From positions 96,001 through 160,000 of the forward strand of contig CAWHDR010000005.1 of the NCBI GenBank assembly GCA_963828165.1: a stretch of DNA of 64,000 nucleotides. Direction: 5' to 3'. The position numbers were made by a program, and so were the translations under genes. The notes beneath the pieces are model-generated. The model made no database searches. It was not told the origin of the DNA and was given only the letters and a program-made list of their open reading frames with translations. Position 1 is the stretch's first letter. The number at the start of each line of letters is the position of its first letter. The DNA is from an uncultured Chloroflexia bacterium. Its GTDB lineage: Bacteria; Chloroflexota; Limnocylindria; Limnocylindrales; CSP1-4. Shown one piece after another: positions 30,471 to 39,106 of this stretch.

Positions 30471-32002
30471 GTGGCGTCCGCCTCGTCCACGGTCGCGGCG
30501 ATCTCCCCGCGCGCGACGCGGATGCGCAGCCCGGTACCGGGTGCCGTCTCGCCCGGGTCTCGGACGATCGAGCCGTCCGGTTCCCGCCGCACGATGGCGT
30601 AGCCGCGCTCGAGCGTGGCGGAAGGACCCAGCACGGCCAGGGCCGCGGTCGCGGTGTCAAGCGACGAACGGGCGAGCGCGACGCGTGTGGCCGACTGGCG
30701 CGGCAGCGACATGGCGGCCGTCTCCAGCGCGGCCCGGGCGGCGCTCAGCCGAGCTGCGGTATGGCGCGGCAGGGCGATGGTCGCGGCGTCCAGCCGGAAG
30801 CGCTCCCGCCCCAGGCGGGCCTCGACGGCGCGCGTGGCGCGGTCGAACAAAAGGCCGACCTGCTCTCGGGCGGCCGCCAGACGCGCGGCCGGGCTGACCC
30901 GGTCCAGCGCCCGTCGCTCCACGACGAGGTCGCGTGCGGCCGTGGCAAGACGACGTTCCGTGGCGGCACCGAGGCGATCGGCGGCCCGACGCAGGGCGCC
31001 GGCCATCTCGAGCCGGTCGGGCACGACGATCTCGGCGGCGGCCGATGGCGTGGGCGCGCGAACGTCGGCCGCGAAATCGGCCAGCGTGACATCCACCTCG
31101 TGGCCCACGCCGCAGACCACGGGCATCGGGTGCGCCACCACCGCTCGGACGACCCGCTCGTCGTTGAACGCCCACAGGTCCTCCAGCGAACCGCCGCCGC
31201 GGGCGAGGATGGTCACGGCTGGGGCGTCGTGGTCGCGGCCCTCCTCGCGGCAGTTCGCGGCGTAGCGCTCCACGCGACGGAACGCGGTCACGAGGCTCGC
31301 GGGAGCGCCCTCTCCCTGGACGCGCGCCGCGACGAGAACGACCCGGACGAGCGGCCAGCGGCGGGCCAGCACGTGGCTGATGTCGCGCCAGACCGCGCCG
31401 GACGGGCTCGTGATCACGGCGATGGTCGCGGGGCGCACGGGCAGCGTGCGCTTCCGGGCCGTGTCGAACAGCCCCTCCGCCGCCAGGCGGGCCTTGAGCG
31501 CCTCGAACTTGAGCGCGAGGTCCCCGAACCCTGCCGGCTGGATCGAATCCACGTACAGCTGCATGGCGCCGGTCGGCTCGTACAGGTCGATGCGGCCGTG
31601 GACCACCACGCGCAGCCCGGCCTGGGCCTGGAACGCGCTCCGTCCGCGGTCGTCGCGGAACCAGACGCACTGGAGCTGGTTCCGATCGTCCTTGAGGGCG
31701 AAATAGGCGTGGCCGGCGGACGACACCGTGACCCGCCCGATCTCGCCCTCCACCCACAGGTCGACGAGCCGGGGATCCTGGCGGACCGCTGCGCGAACGG
31801 CGCGGGTGACTTCGCTGACCGCGAGGATCCGGAGCCCGAACGTACCGGGCGCGGTACCGCCCGCAGGCGTGCTCAGGCCAGACTCGCCCGGTGGCGTGGA
31901 TGATCGCCCAGAACGTGTCCGAGGCGGGGTGTCGTCGGCATCCGAGACGGCGTCCCAGCCCGGCAGGGCCCAGTCCGGCGGGTCGGAACCGCGCGCGCTC
32001 AA
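30467..32002 (-). CDS. xseA: Exodeoxyribonuclease VII large subunit
   Basis: WVEGEI, GHAYFALKD, ARGGGSLEDLWAFNDE, GHEVD, TPSAAAE. Confidence 0.96.
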   Translation of the reverse strand: MSARGSDPPDWALPGWDAVSDADDTPPRTRSGRSSTPPGESGLSTPAGGTAPGTFGLRILAVSEVTRAVRAAVRQDPRLVDLWVEGEIGRVTVSSAGHAYFALKDDRNQLQCVWFRDDRGRSAFQAQAGLRVVVHGRIDLYEPTGAMQLYVDSIQPAGFGDLALKFEALKARLAAEGLFDTARKRTLPVRPATIAVITSPSGAVWRDISHVLARRWPLVRVVLVAARVQGEGAPASLVTAFRRVERYAANCREEGRDHDAPAVTILARGGGSLEDLWAFNDERVVRAVVAHPMPVVCGVGHEVDVTLADFAADVRAPTPSAAAEIVVPDRLEMAGALRRAADRLGAATERRLATAARDLVVERRALDRVSPAARLAAAREQVGLLFDRATRAVEARLGRERFRLDAATIALPRHTAARLSAARAALETAAMSLPRQSATRVALARSSLDTATAALAVLGPSATLERGYAIVRREPDGSIVRDPGETAPGTGLRIRVARGEIAATVDEADAT

Positions 32003-32027
32003 CTAGAAGCCCGATCCTCGCTCGCCA

Positions 32028-32585
32028 TCAGAGCCGCGTCTGGTACTCCCCGGTCCGCGTGTCGACGCGGATGGTGTCCCCGGGCTCGACGAAGATCGGG
32101 ACCTGGACGACGAGGCCGGTCTCGGTCGTGGCGGGCTTCCGAGCCCCGGACTGGGTGTCACCGGCGAAGCCCGGTTCCGTCTCGACCACCGCGAGATCAA
32201 CCGTCACCGGCACCTCGACCCCGATCGTCTCGCCCTGGTAGCTCGTGCGATCAAGCGTCATGCCGTCCTTGAGGTACTGCGCCGTCTCGCCCAGCTGATC
32301 GGCGGTGAGGATGAACTGGTCGTACGTGTCGTTGTCCATGAAGTGGTAGTCGCGGTCGTCGCGGTAGAGGAACTGGACCGGCCGCTTCTCCATCGACGCA
32401 CGTGGCCACTTCGTCCCGGCCTGGAACGATCGCTCCACGGTCTGGCCGCGCTTGATGTTGCGCAGGGTGATGCGGACTTGCGCCGACCCTCGGCCCATCT
32501 TGATGTGGTGGTAGTCGAGGATCTGCCAGAGCTCGCCGTCGAGCTCGATGGCGACGCCCTTCTTGAGTTCGCCGGTACTGATCAT
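32028..32585 (-). CDS. efp: Translation elongation factor P
   Basis: KMGRGSA loop (Arg at the tip), KPATTETG, DTRTGEY. Confidence 0.97.
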   Translation of the reverse strand: MISTGELKKGVAIELDGELWQILDYHHIKMGRGSAQVRITLRNIKRGQTVERSFQAGTKWPRASMEKRPVQFLYRDDRDYHFMDNDTYDQFILTADQLGETAQYLKDGMTLDRTSYQGETIGVEVPVTVDLAVVETEPGFAGDTQSGARKPATTETGLVVQVPIFVEPGDTIRVDTRTGEYQTRL

Positions 32586-32753
32586 GTGGTGGTGGGCTCC
32601 TGGGGTCAGACCGCCGGGGCACGCGGCGACGGGGCCGGGGGTGGTCGGGGTCGAGCCGACATTCTAGCCGACGGCCGCGGCCCGCTCGGGCAGCGCCATC
32701 AGCCGCCCCCGGCGTCGGCCCACATGACCGTCACACTCTCCCGGCCATCGACC

Positions 32754-32984
32754 TCACCCGCGATCCCGGATCAGGGAGCGCAGCCGGACCTCGTACTCGG
32801 CCGTGTCGATCTCCCCGCGCGCCAGCCGGCCCTTGAGCTCCGACACTGCGGGATCCTCGCGGGGCGCACTGTTTCGACGGATCGCCCAGACGATGAGCCC
32901 GACCACGAGACCCGTGATGACCAGCGGGATCAGCAGGGTCGCCGCCATGAGCGGCATGAACCAGTCGAAGATCCCGACGTCCAC
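32754..32984 (-). CDS. Small membrane protein with SHOCT domain
   Basis: TM helix then LKGRLARGEIDTAEYE; GAGGGG SD. Confidence 0.8.
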   Translation of the reverse strand: MDVGIFDWFMPLMAATLLIPLVITGLVVGLIVWAIRRNSAPREDPAVSELKGRLARGEIDTAEYEVRLRSLIRDRG

Positions 32985-33074
32985 GGCCTTCACCCCTCGT
33001 TTCGCGACGCAAGCGCAGCCGGCATCATCGCACGCTGGAGTCGCCATCCACGACATCCCCTGCTAGCATCCGAC

Positions 33075-33228
33075 TCGGCGTTCCTCACGCCACACCTCCG
33101 ACCCGGCGCCCACGCCGCCGGCCCGTGGAGGCAAAGGGGCTCCGCCTCGGGGTCGTCGGACCGTGTGCCACGATCGATGGCTCGGGAGCGTGGGTCCTGG
33201 GGTCGTTGGTCGGAACGAGGAGCACACG
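33075..33228 (+). ncRNA. Candidate structured cis-regulatory RNA leader
   Basis: Follows extended -10 TGCTAGCAT; multiple nested stems and a loop complementary to the SD (see findings). Confidence 0.5.
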
Positions 33229-33963
33229 ATGACGACCGACAAGGCGCGCAAGCGCGCCGTTCGCACCCGGATGACCAAGACCGGCGAGCGCTATGCCGCT
33301 GCCCGGCGACACGTCGTCGCGGACGAGGGGCCAGCCACCCCGCCACCCCTCCCGACGCTTCCGCCGCGCGTGGCCGATCCAGGCATGACCGAGGCCGCCA
33401 TCGCGACCGGCACCGGAGCGGGCTGGGACCACTGGTTCGGTCTGCTCGACGGCTGGGGCGGTGCCGAACGCTCGCACACGGACATCGCGCGGTTCATCCG
33501 CGAGGAGCAGGGCGTGAGCGGCTGGTGGGCGCAGGCGGTGACCGTCGGCTACGAACGGGCTCGCGGGCTGCGCGCGATGCATCAGACCAAGCGCGGCTTC
33601 GAGGTGAGCGTCTCCAAGACCGTGGCCGCGCCACCGGCGGACGTCTGGGCCGCGTTCCTGGAGCCCCGAGGCCGCCGCCGCTGGATCGAAGCGGGCACGC
33701 TCGGCAGGCGGCGGACGACCTTTGCCATCGGCCGCTCGACGTCGTTCGCCGGCCCCGACGGAACGCGGGTCGCCGTGGCGATCGACCCTCGCGGGGATGA
33801 CCGCGCGACCGTGACGGTCACGCACGAAGGGCTCGCGGATGCCGGGGATGTCGCGAGACGACGCGCCGCCTGGCGAGACTCGTTGGGCCGGCTCGCGGCG
33901 CTCTACGGAGACCGCTCGGCCCCGAAACAGCCGGCCAGTCGCACGAAACGGTCGGCGCCGTAG
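33229..33963 (+). CDS. Hypothetical protein: basic N-terminal helix, DUF4287-like region, SRPBCC-like domain
   Basis: GAGGAG SD; TG.GWDHW..LD, GWWAQAVTVGYE, VSKTVAAP..VW, VTVTHEGL..W. Confidence 0.8.
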   Translation: MTTDKARKRAVRTRMTKTGERYAAARRHVVADEGPATPPPLPTLPPRVADPGMTEAAIATGTGAGWDHWFGLLDGWGGAERSHTDIARFIREEQGVSGWWAQAVTVGYERARGLRAMHQTKRGFEVSVSKTVAAPPADVWAAFLEPRGRRRWIEAGTLGRRRTTFAIGRSTSFAGPDGTRVAVAIDPRGDDRATVTVTHEGLADAGDVARRRAAWRDSLGRLAALYGDRSAPKQPASRTKRSAP

Positions 33964-33984
33964 CGGACTGCGTGGTCGGGGCCG

Positions 33985-35217
33985 TCAGCCGGCTCCGACC
34001 ACCGTGACCTCGCTCGGGAACCGGGTCAGCCGCTCGACGCGGCCGGCCGGAGCATCGATGGCGATGAGGTCCTCGATGCGGACGCCCATCTGGCCATCGA
34101 GATAGACCCCGGGCTCGACGGAGAAGACCGTCGGGCTCGGGAGGGGTGTCTCCGCGGCGGCCTTCCCGAGTGACGGGGCTTCGTGGGTGGCGAGACCGAT
34201 GCCGTGCCCGGTGCTGTGGCCGAAGTGGTCGCCGTGTCCGCCTTTGTCGATGACCGCACGGGCGATCGCGTCCACGGCCCGGCCGCTGGGTATCTCCCCT
34301 CCTCCGCGCACGGCCTCATCGACCGCGCTGATCGCCGCCGCCTGGGCGCTGGCGACGAGCTCGTAGATCTCCAGATCCCGCGCCACCGGATCGCCCACGA
34401 ACAACGTGCGCGTCATGTCACTCCGGTACCCCTCGACCTGCGCCCCGAAGTCGAAGAGGAGCACCGAACGGTCCAGGACCGGTCGGTCGCCGGGGGCACC
34501 GTGGGGCAGGGCCGCTTCCGCACCTGACAGGCAGGCGACGTCGAACGCGAGCGCCTCCGCCCCACCGGTACGCATGTGCCATTCCAGCCGGAGCGCGAGC
34601 TCCGCCTCGGTCACGCCCGCACGGATCTCCGGCAGGAGCGCCGCGAGGGCCCGGTCGGCGACCGCACACGCCGCCGCGACGCGTTCCAGCTCGGCGGGCT
34701 CCTTGACCGCTCGATCGGCCTCGATCCAGCCCTCGACCGGGACGAGCTCGATGTCCGGCGCCGCGGCGGCCAGGCGCTCCCACGCCGCATGCGACACGAA
34801 CCCGGCCTCGACGCCGACCCGGCGAGCGCCGACGGACCGCACGATCTCGAGCCAGCGTTCGGGCAGGTTGCCGTAGGCCTCGAACAGGCGCGTGTCCGGG
34901 GCCTCGCGCCGGGCCTGGATCGTGTAGCGCGAATCGGCGAGGATCACGACCTCCTCACCCGAGACGAGGAACTGCCCGGAGTTCCCGGCGGACTTCTCCT
35001 CGCCCTCCGCGAGCGTGAACCCCGTCAGGTAGCGCATGTGCTCGCGCCGGACCCCGAAGTAGGCGTCGATGCCGGCGTCGGCGAACCTCGCGCGGAGGCG
35101 GCCGAGTCGAGCCGGGCGCGCCACACGATCGGACTCGGACCAGGCCTCCCGCTGCGCCGTGCCGGGTGGCGCGGCGAAATCCTCGGGGCGGGGCGACGCG
35201 CCCCGCGTCGCCCTCAT
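33985..35217 (-). CDS. Xaa-Pro aminopeptidase (M24B)
   Basis: DFGAQVEGYRSDMTRT, HSTGHGIGLATHE, EPGVY, GVRIED. Confidence 0.95.
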   Translation of the reverse strand: MRATRGASPRPEDFAAPPGTAQREAWSESDRVARPARLGRLRARFADAGIDAYFGVRREHMRYLTGFTLAEGEEKSAGNSGQFLVSGEEVVILADSRYTIQARREAPDTRLFEAYGNLPERWLEIVRSVGARRVGVEAGFVSHAAWERLAAAAPDIELVPVEGWIEADRAVKEPAELERVAAACAVADRALAALLPEIRAGVTEAELALRLEWHMRTGGAEALAFDVACLSGAEAALPHGAPGDRPVLDRSVLLFDFGAQVEGYRSDMTRTLFVGDPVARDLEIYELVASAQAAAISAVDEAVRGGGEIPSGRAVDAIARAVIDKGGHGDHFGHSTGHGIGLATHEAPSLGKAAAETPLPSPTVFSVEPGVYLDGQMGVRIEDLIAIDAPAGRVERLTRFPSEVTVVGAG

Positions 35218-36617
35218 CAGGTGTAGCCGTGTTCGCGCCGGTTCGCGTTGTGCTCGTCGAGATTCTTGGCGAAGACGTGCTTCCCGCTCTCGTCCGGGAT
35301 CGCGAGGAAATAGATGTACTTGTCGGCGGTGTCGGGATGCAGCGCCGCGTCGATCGATGCGAGGGTCGGCGTGTCGATCGGCGCGGGGATGAGGCCGGGC
35401 TGCGTATACGTCTGGAAGCCGAGCAGTTCGTCCGGGAGCACGATGTCCTTCATCCCGATGTCCTTGGGCACGGTCCAGAACCGGTAGTCCTTCCAGGTCT
35501 CGAACTCGAGATCCGAGAGGTTCATCGTGTCGACGGCATAGATGACCGTCGGGTCGGCATTGAAGATCTTGTTCCTGATCCCCGGGATGCCATCCAACCG
35601 GTTCTGGTACACCCCGGCGATCAGCGGCTTTTCCTCGTCGAGCTTGGCTTCGCGTTCGACGATCGAGGCGAGCGTCAGGACCTCGTAGAACGACAAGCCG
35701 CGCTCTTGCGGGACCGTCAGCTTGGCCTCCGTGACGGCGCCGATGAAGCCGTCGAGCATCCGGCGGATCAGCTCTTCGGGGGTGGTGTCGGGCAGCACGC
35801 GATAGGTCCCGGGCCAGAGGAACCCTTCCAGCGACGGTGTCGTGCCCTCCGGGACGTCCTCCAGGACCTTCTCCAGCCACGGGTAGTCCGCGAGCAAGGC
35901 GGCGGGCGGTTCCTTCGCCAGCTCGTAGAACTCGCGCGGGTCCATCTCCAGGGCCGGCACCGTCTGGAGCAACGCCGTGATCTGCTCAAGACGCAAGCCG
36001 GTTCGCAGCGCGATCTCCACGTAGGGCACCTCGGGCGGCGCGAGGAGCGCTACGACGAGCTGCTCCGGAGTCATGTTGCGACGAAGCACGAATGTTCCCT
36101 GCTGGAGATCGCCGGTCAGCTCACGGTCGCTGGCGATGAACACGAAGGCGCGTGGGTCCTTGATCAGGCCACCGGTGCCCAGACGCATGGCGATGGTGGT
36201 GGCCGTATCACCCTCCTCGACGAGGAACTCGACCTGCTCCGGGTCGTCGGACACGGGCTCCGTGAGCGATTCGCCGAGATCCTCGCGCACCAGATCGGCG
36301 ACGAACGGCAGGTTGAGCGCAGCCGGGCTGTCCGCGGCCCACGTGAGGATCGCGTTGTTGACCAGGGGTCGCAGCGCCGTCAGGCCGATGAGCAGCACGA
36401 GGCCGGCGAGGACCAGGGTGAACACGAGGAACTTGACGACGCCGCCCAGGCCGCTTCCGCCGCGGCCACCGCGCCGACCACCGCCGTTCCCATTGCCGGC
36501 TCTGCGTGACGGCTCGTAGGCCTCGGGCACGTAGTCGGTGGCATACGCGTCGGGGTCGAACCTTCGGCCGTGGGGCTGGCGCCGGTCGCGCGGGCGTCCG
36601 CCGGAGCGGATCGTCAT
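35217..36617 (-). CDS. mltG: Endolytic transglycosylase MltG
   Basis: LEGFLWPGTY, LASIVEREA, VYQNRL, DPTV.YA. Confidence 0.92.
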   Translation of the reverse strand: MTIRSGGRPRDRRQPHGRRFDPDAYATDYVPEAYEPSRRAGNGNGGGRRGGRGGSGLGGVVKFLVFTLVLAGLVLLIGLTALRPLVNNAILTWAADSPAALNLPFVADLVREDLGESLTEPVSDDPEQVEFLVEEGDTATTIAMRLGTGGLIKDPRAFVFIASDRELTGDLQQGTFVLRRNMTPEQLVVALLAPPEVPYVEIALRTGLRLEQITALLQTVPALEMDPREFYELAKEPPAALLADYPWLEKVLEDVPEGTTPSLEGFLWPGTYRVLPDTTPEELIRRMLDGFIGAVTEAKLTVPQERGLSFYEVLTLASIVEREAKLDEEKPLIAGVYQNRLDGIPGIRNKIFNADPTVIYAVDTMNLSDLEFETWKDYRFWTVPKDIGMKDIVLPDELLGFQTYTQPGLIPAPIDTPTLASIDAALHPDTADKYIYFLAIPDESGKHVFAKNLDEHNANRREHGYT

Positions 36618-37114
36618 GTGGTGGTCTCCGGTGTGCTGGGTCGGGGACCGGGCGCGGACCCGGCATGTCGCATGTCGAGGGCATCTTGCAGGATGACGGC
36701 GGCCGCTTCGCGGTCGACGCGCGCCCGGTACTCATCGCGCTGGTGACGCGACGGTGGACCGCCCGAGCGACCGCGTTTCATCGGTCCAAGGCGCGTCTCG
36801 GCGACGTGGCTGCTCAGCCGCTCATCGTGCAAGGTGATGATGACATGGTCGCCCAAACGGGCCCGCATGTCCTCCACCCATGCTCTGGTCAGCGCGGCCT
36901 GGGGACCCTCGTGCCCGGCCGCATCGATCGGGAGCCCCACCACCAGCTCGGTGATCTCGTGGGCATCGATGAGCGCGAGAAGCGCATCCGAATCCATGTC
37001 GGCGTGGCGGCCGCGGCGAAGCGTCGTCAGCGGACGCGCCCCGACGTCGGGGCCGTCGGCGATCGCGACGCCGATGCGTCGCTCCCCGAGGTCGAGGCCG
37101 AGCGCTCGGGTCAC
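36614..37114 (-). CDS. ruvX: YqgF/RuvX pre-16S rRNA nuclease
   Basis: LGLDLGERRIGVA, VVGLP, DERLSS, D..AA.VILQ. Confidence 0.93.
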   Translation of the reverse strand: MTRALGLDLGERRIGVAIADGPDVGARPLTTLRRGRHADMDSDALLALIDAHEITELVVGLPIDAAGHEGPQAALTRAWVEDMRARLGDHVIITLHDERLSSHVAETRLGPMKRGRSGGPPSRHQRDEYRARVDREAAAVILQDALDMRHAGSAPGPRPSTPETTT

Positions 37115-39105
37115 GGCGACGCCTCGGGTTCGCCGCTCGGTGTCTGGTCCTGGGCGGGGTCGGAAGTCGTGATCTCGACCCGTGACTCGATCGTCGGGAC
37201 GGTGCCGACCCAATCGGGCCAGACCGTGAGCTGGGCATCGCCGTACCGAGCCAGGATCTCGCGCGCCTGGGCGAGCGGCTTGCCCATGATCTCGGCCTCG
37301 ATCGCATCCGAATCGAGCACGAGGACCTGGCGCGCCGTGACCACGACCGGGAAGGTGATGACGCCGCCGGAGATCTCGGCGGGTGCGGGGACCACTTGCC
37401 CCGAGCCAGGGATCAGCTCGTAGCCCGGATCGACGCTCGACGCGATCCGGGCCTCGGCCACGGTCTGGACGGGCGTCGTGTCCACCGCCACGACCGTCCC
37501 GGAGGCGGTCGCCGACAACTCGAAGGATTCGACCTCCTGTCCCACGAGCGTGGCCGGGTCGACGCCGTAGACCGGGGCGCCGAGGGTCTTGGTCTCAGGG
37601 AATACTGTCGTCGCGTCGCCAGGGAGGGCCGGGTCGTCCAGGCGCTCGTCGAACGCCGCGCTGAGCTGGTCGGTCAGGGCCGCGGTCGCCTCGTCGACGT
37701 CCTCCTGCTGGACCCGCGGGAACTCGGTCCGCTTGCCACCGGTCGTCGCCTCAGGATTGGTCACCTTGAGGAAGAATGGCTCTTCGTCGCGCGGGACCGT
37801 CGTGATCGCGCGCGGTTCGACGTTCCCTTCCGGGCCCGCATCCACCGCCGTGACCGTGACGGAAGCGCGGCTGGGGACGATCGTGAGCCCGACGAGCTCG
37901 GCAGGTGGGACACGCACCGCGCGGTCGGTGCGAAACCGGATCCCCGACCCCGTACTGACGACGCTGCCCCGCGGCACGGTGTTCGAGCTGGTCGGGTCGA
38001 GGTTGTCGAACCGGACGCTGCCCGTCGCCTTGGCCTCCTCGATCCGCTTGCCGGTGGCGGGAAACGTGTCGCTGGCTTCGACATCGATCGTGACCAGCTG
38101 GGCCGGCACGACCGGCGGCGTGGCGCCCGCATCCGGCGCCGTGGCGGTGACGCTCGCGACGATCCGCAGCGACTCGGGGCCGATGGTGCCTTCGCGGGGC
38201 GCGATGACGGCGGTCGCCGTCGGGAGGTACAGGAAGGCGGCCGCGCCACCAACGACGAGGGCGAGCGCGACCACGGCCAGCCCGATGACGAGCGGCGTAC
38301 GACCGATGGACGGGCGGAATGCCCGGCCGACCGCCTCCGGCCGGATCGCCCCGGGACGGTCCCCTTCGATGGCCGGCGTGTCCGCGACGACCCGCGCCGC
38401 CGGGATCGCGGCGGGCCCCCGACCGGCCCGTTTCGGTTCTCCCCTCGGCGGTGCGGACGACCGCGGTCCTCGGTCGGTCGCTGGGGTGGTACCCGCGTCC
38501 ATGCCTGGGGTCGCCATCCCAGCACCCGCGGCCGCGCCGCCAGCCATCGCCGCACCGGCAGACGCCGCAGACGCTGCGGCCAATGCCCCTGCGGCCGCAG
38601 CGGCGCCGGCGGAGGACCGGTCCTTGTCCGGCGTGGCGTCGGGCCGATCCTTGTCCGGCGCGCGCGCTTTCGACCTGGGCGTCGCGACTGTCTCGCTGAC
38701 CAGGGTCCCGTCCGTGAAGTCCTCATCGCCGATGGCGGCGTCGTCATCCGGCCCGTCAGCACCCGACGCCACGCCGGAAGCGACCGCCCCGGCCAAGAGC
38801 CCGGCCTCCCCCTCGGTCCCGGAGCGGTCCTCGTCCAATGAGGACTCGTACTCGCCGACGGTCGCAAAGATCGGCAGGCCCGCCGACGCGGCCAGTGCCC
38901 GCGTGGCGCCGTCTCCCGCCACGATCGAGAGCCGCTTGCCGTTGGTCAGCGCATCGCGCGCCAGGAGACGGAAGTTGATGCGCGAGGTGGCCACCCGCGA
39001 GCCGTACGGCAGCACGACCGCCACCCGGCTCCCCTCCGACGATCGGATGCGAGCCGCCGCCGAGGTGATCTCGTCATCGATGTCGAGGTAGATGACACCG
39101 GCCAT
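37111..39105 (-). CDS. Membrane-anchored baseplate J/gp47-like protein
   Basis: N-terminal IYLDIDDEITS domain, Ala/Pro-rich linker, one TM helix, then KATGSVRF..VPRG.VVST..FRT..V.AVDAG.EGNV..I..VTNPEATTGG, typical of baseplate-J-like domains. Confidence 0.78.
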   Translation of the reverse strand: MAGVIYLDIDDEITSAAARIRSSEGSRVAVVLPYGSRVATSRINFRLLARDALTNGKRLSIVAGDGATRALAASAGLPIFATVGEYESSLDEDRSGTEGEAGLLAGAVASGVASGADGPDDDAAIGDEDFTDGTLVSETVATPRSKARAPDKDRPDATPDKDRSSAGAAAAAGALAAASAASAGAAMAGGAAAGAGMATPGMDAGTTPATDRGPRSSAPPRGEPKRAGRGPAAIPAARVVADTPAIEGDRPGAIRPEAVGRAFRPSIGRTPLVIGLAVVALALVVGGAAAFLYLPTATAVIAPREGTIGPESLRIVASVTATAPDAGATPPVVPAQLVTIDVEASDTFPATGKRIEEAKATGSVRFDNLDPTSSNTVPRGSVVSTGSGIRFRTDRAVRVPPAELVGLTIVPSRASVTVTAVDAGPEGNVEPRAITTVPRDEEPFFLKVTNPEATTGGKRTEFPRVQQEDVDEATAALTDQLSAAFDERLDDPALPGDATTVFPETKTLGAPVYGVDPATLVGQEVESFELSATASGTVVAVDTTPVQTVAEARIASSVDPGYELIPGSGQVVPAPAEISGGVITFPVVVTARQVLVLDSDAIEAEIMGKPLAQAREILARYGDAQLTVWPDWVGTVPTIESRVEITTSDPAQDQTPSGEPEASP

Positions 39106-39106
39106 C

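Noticed and set aside
37111-39105. Prophage or contractile injection system
   Set aside because: No sheath, tube, spike, terminase or capsid genes; the protein has a TM anchor and sits among housekeeping genes.
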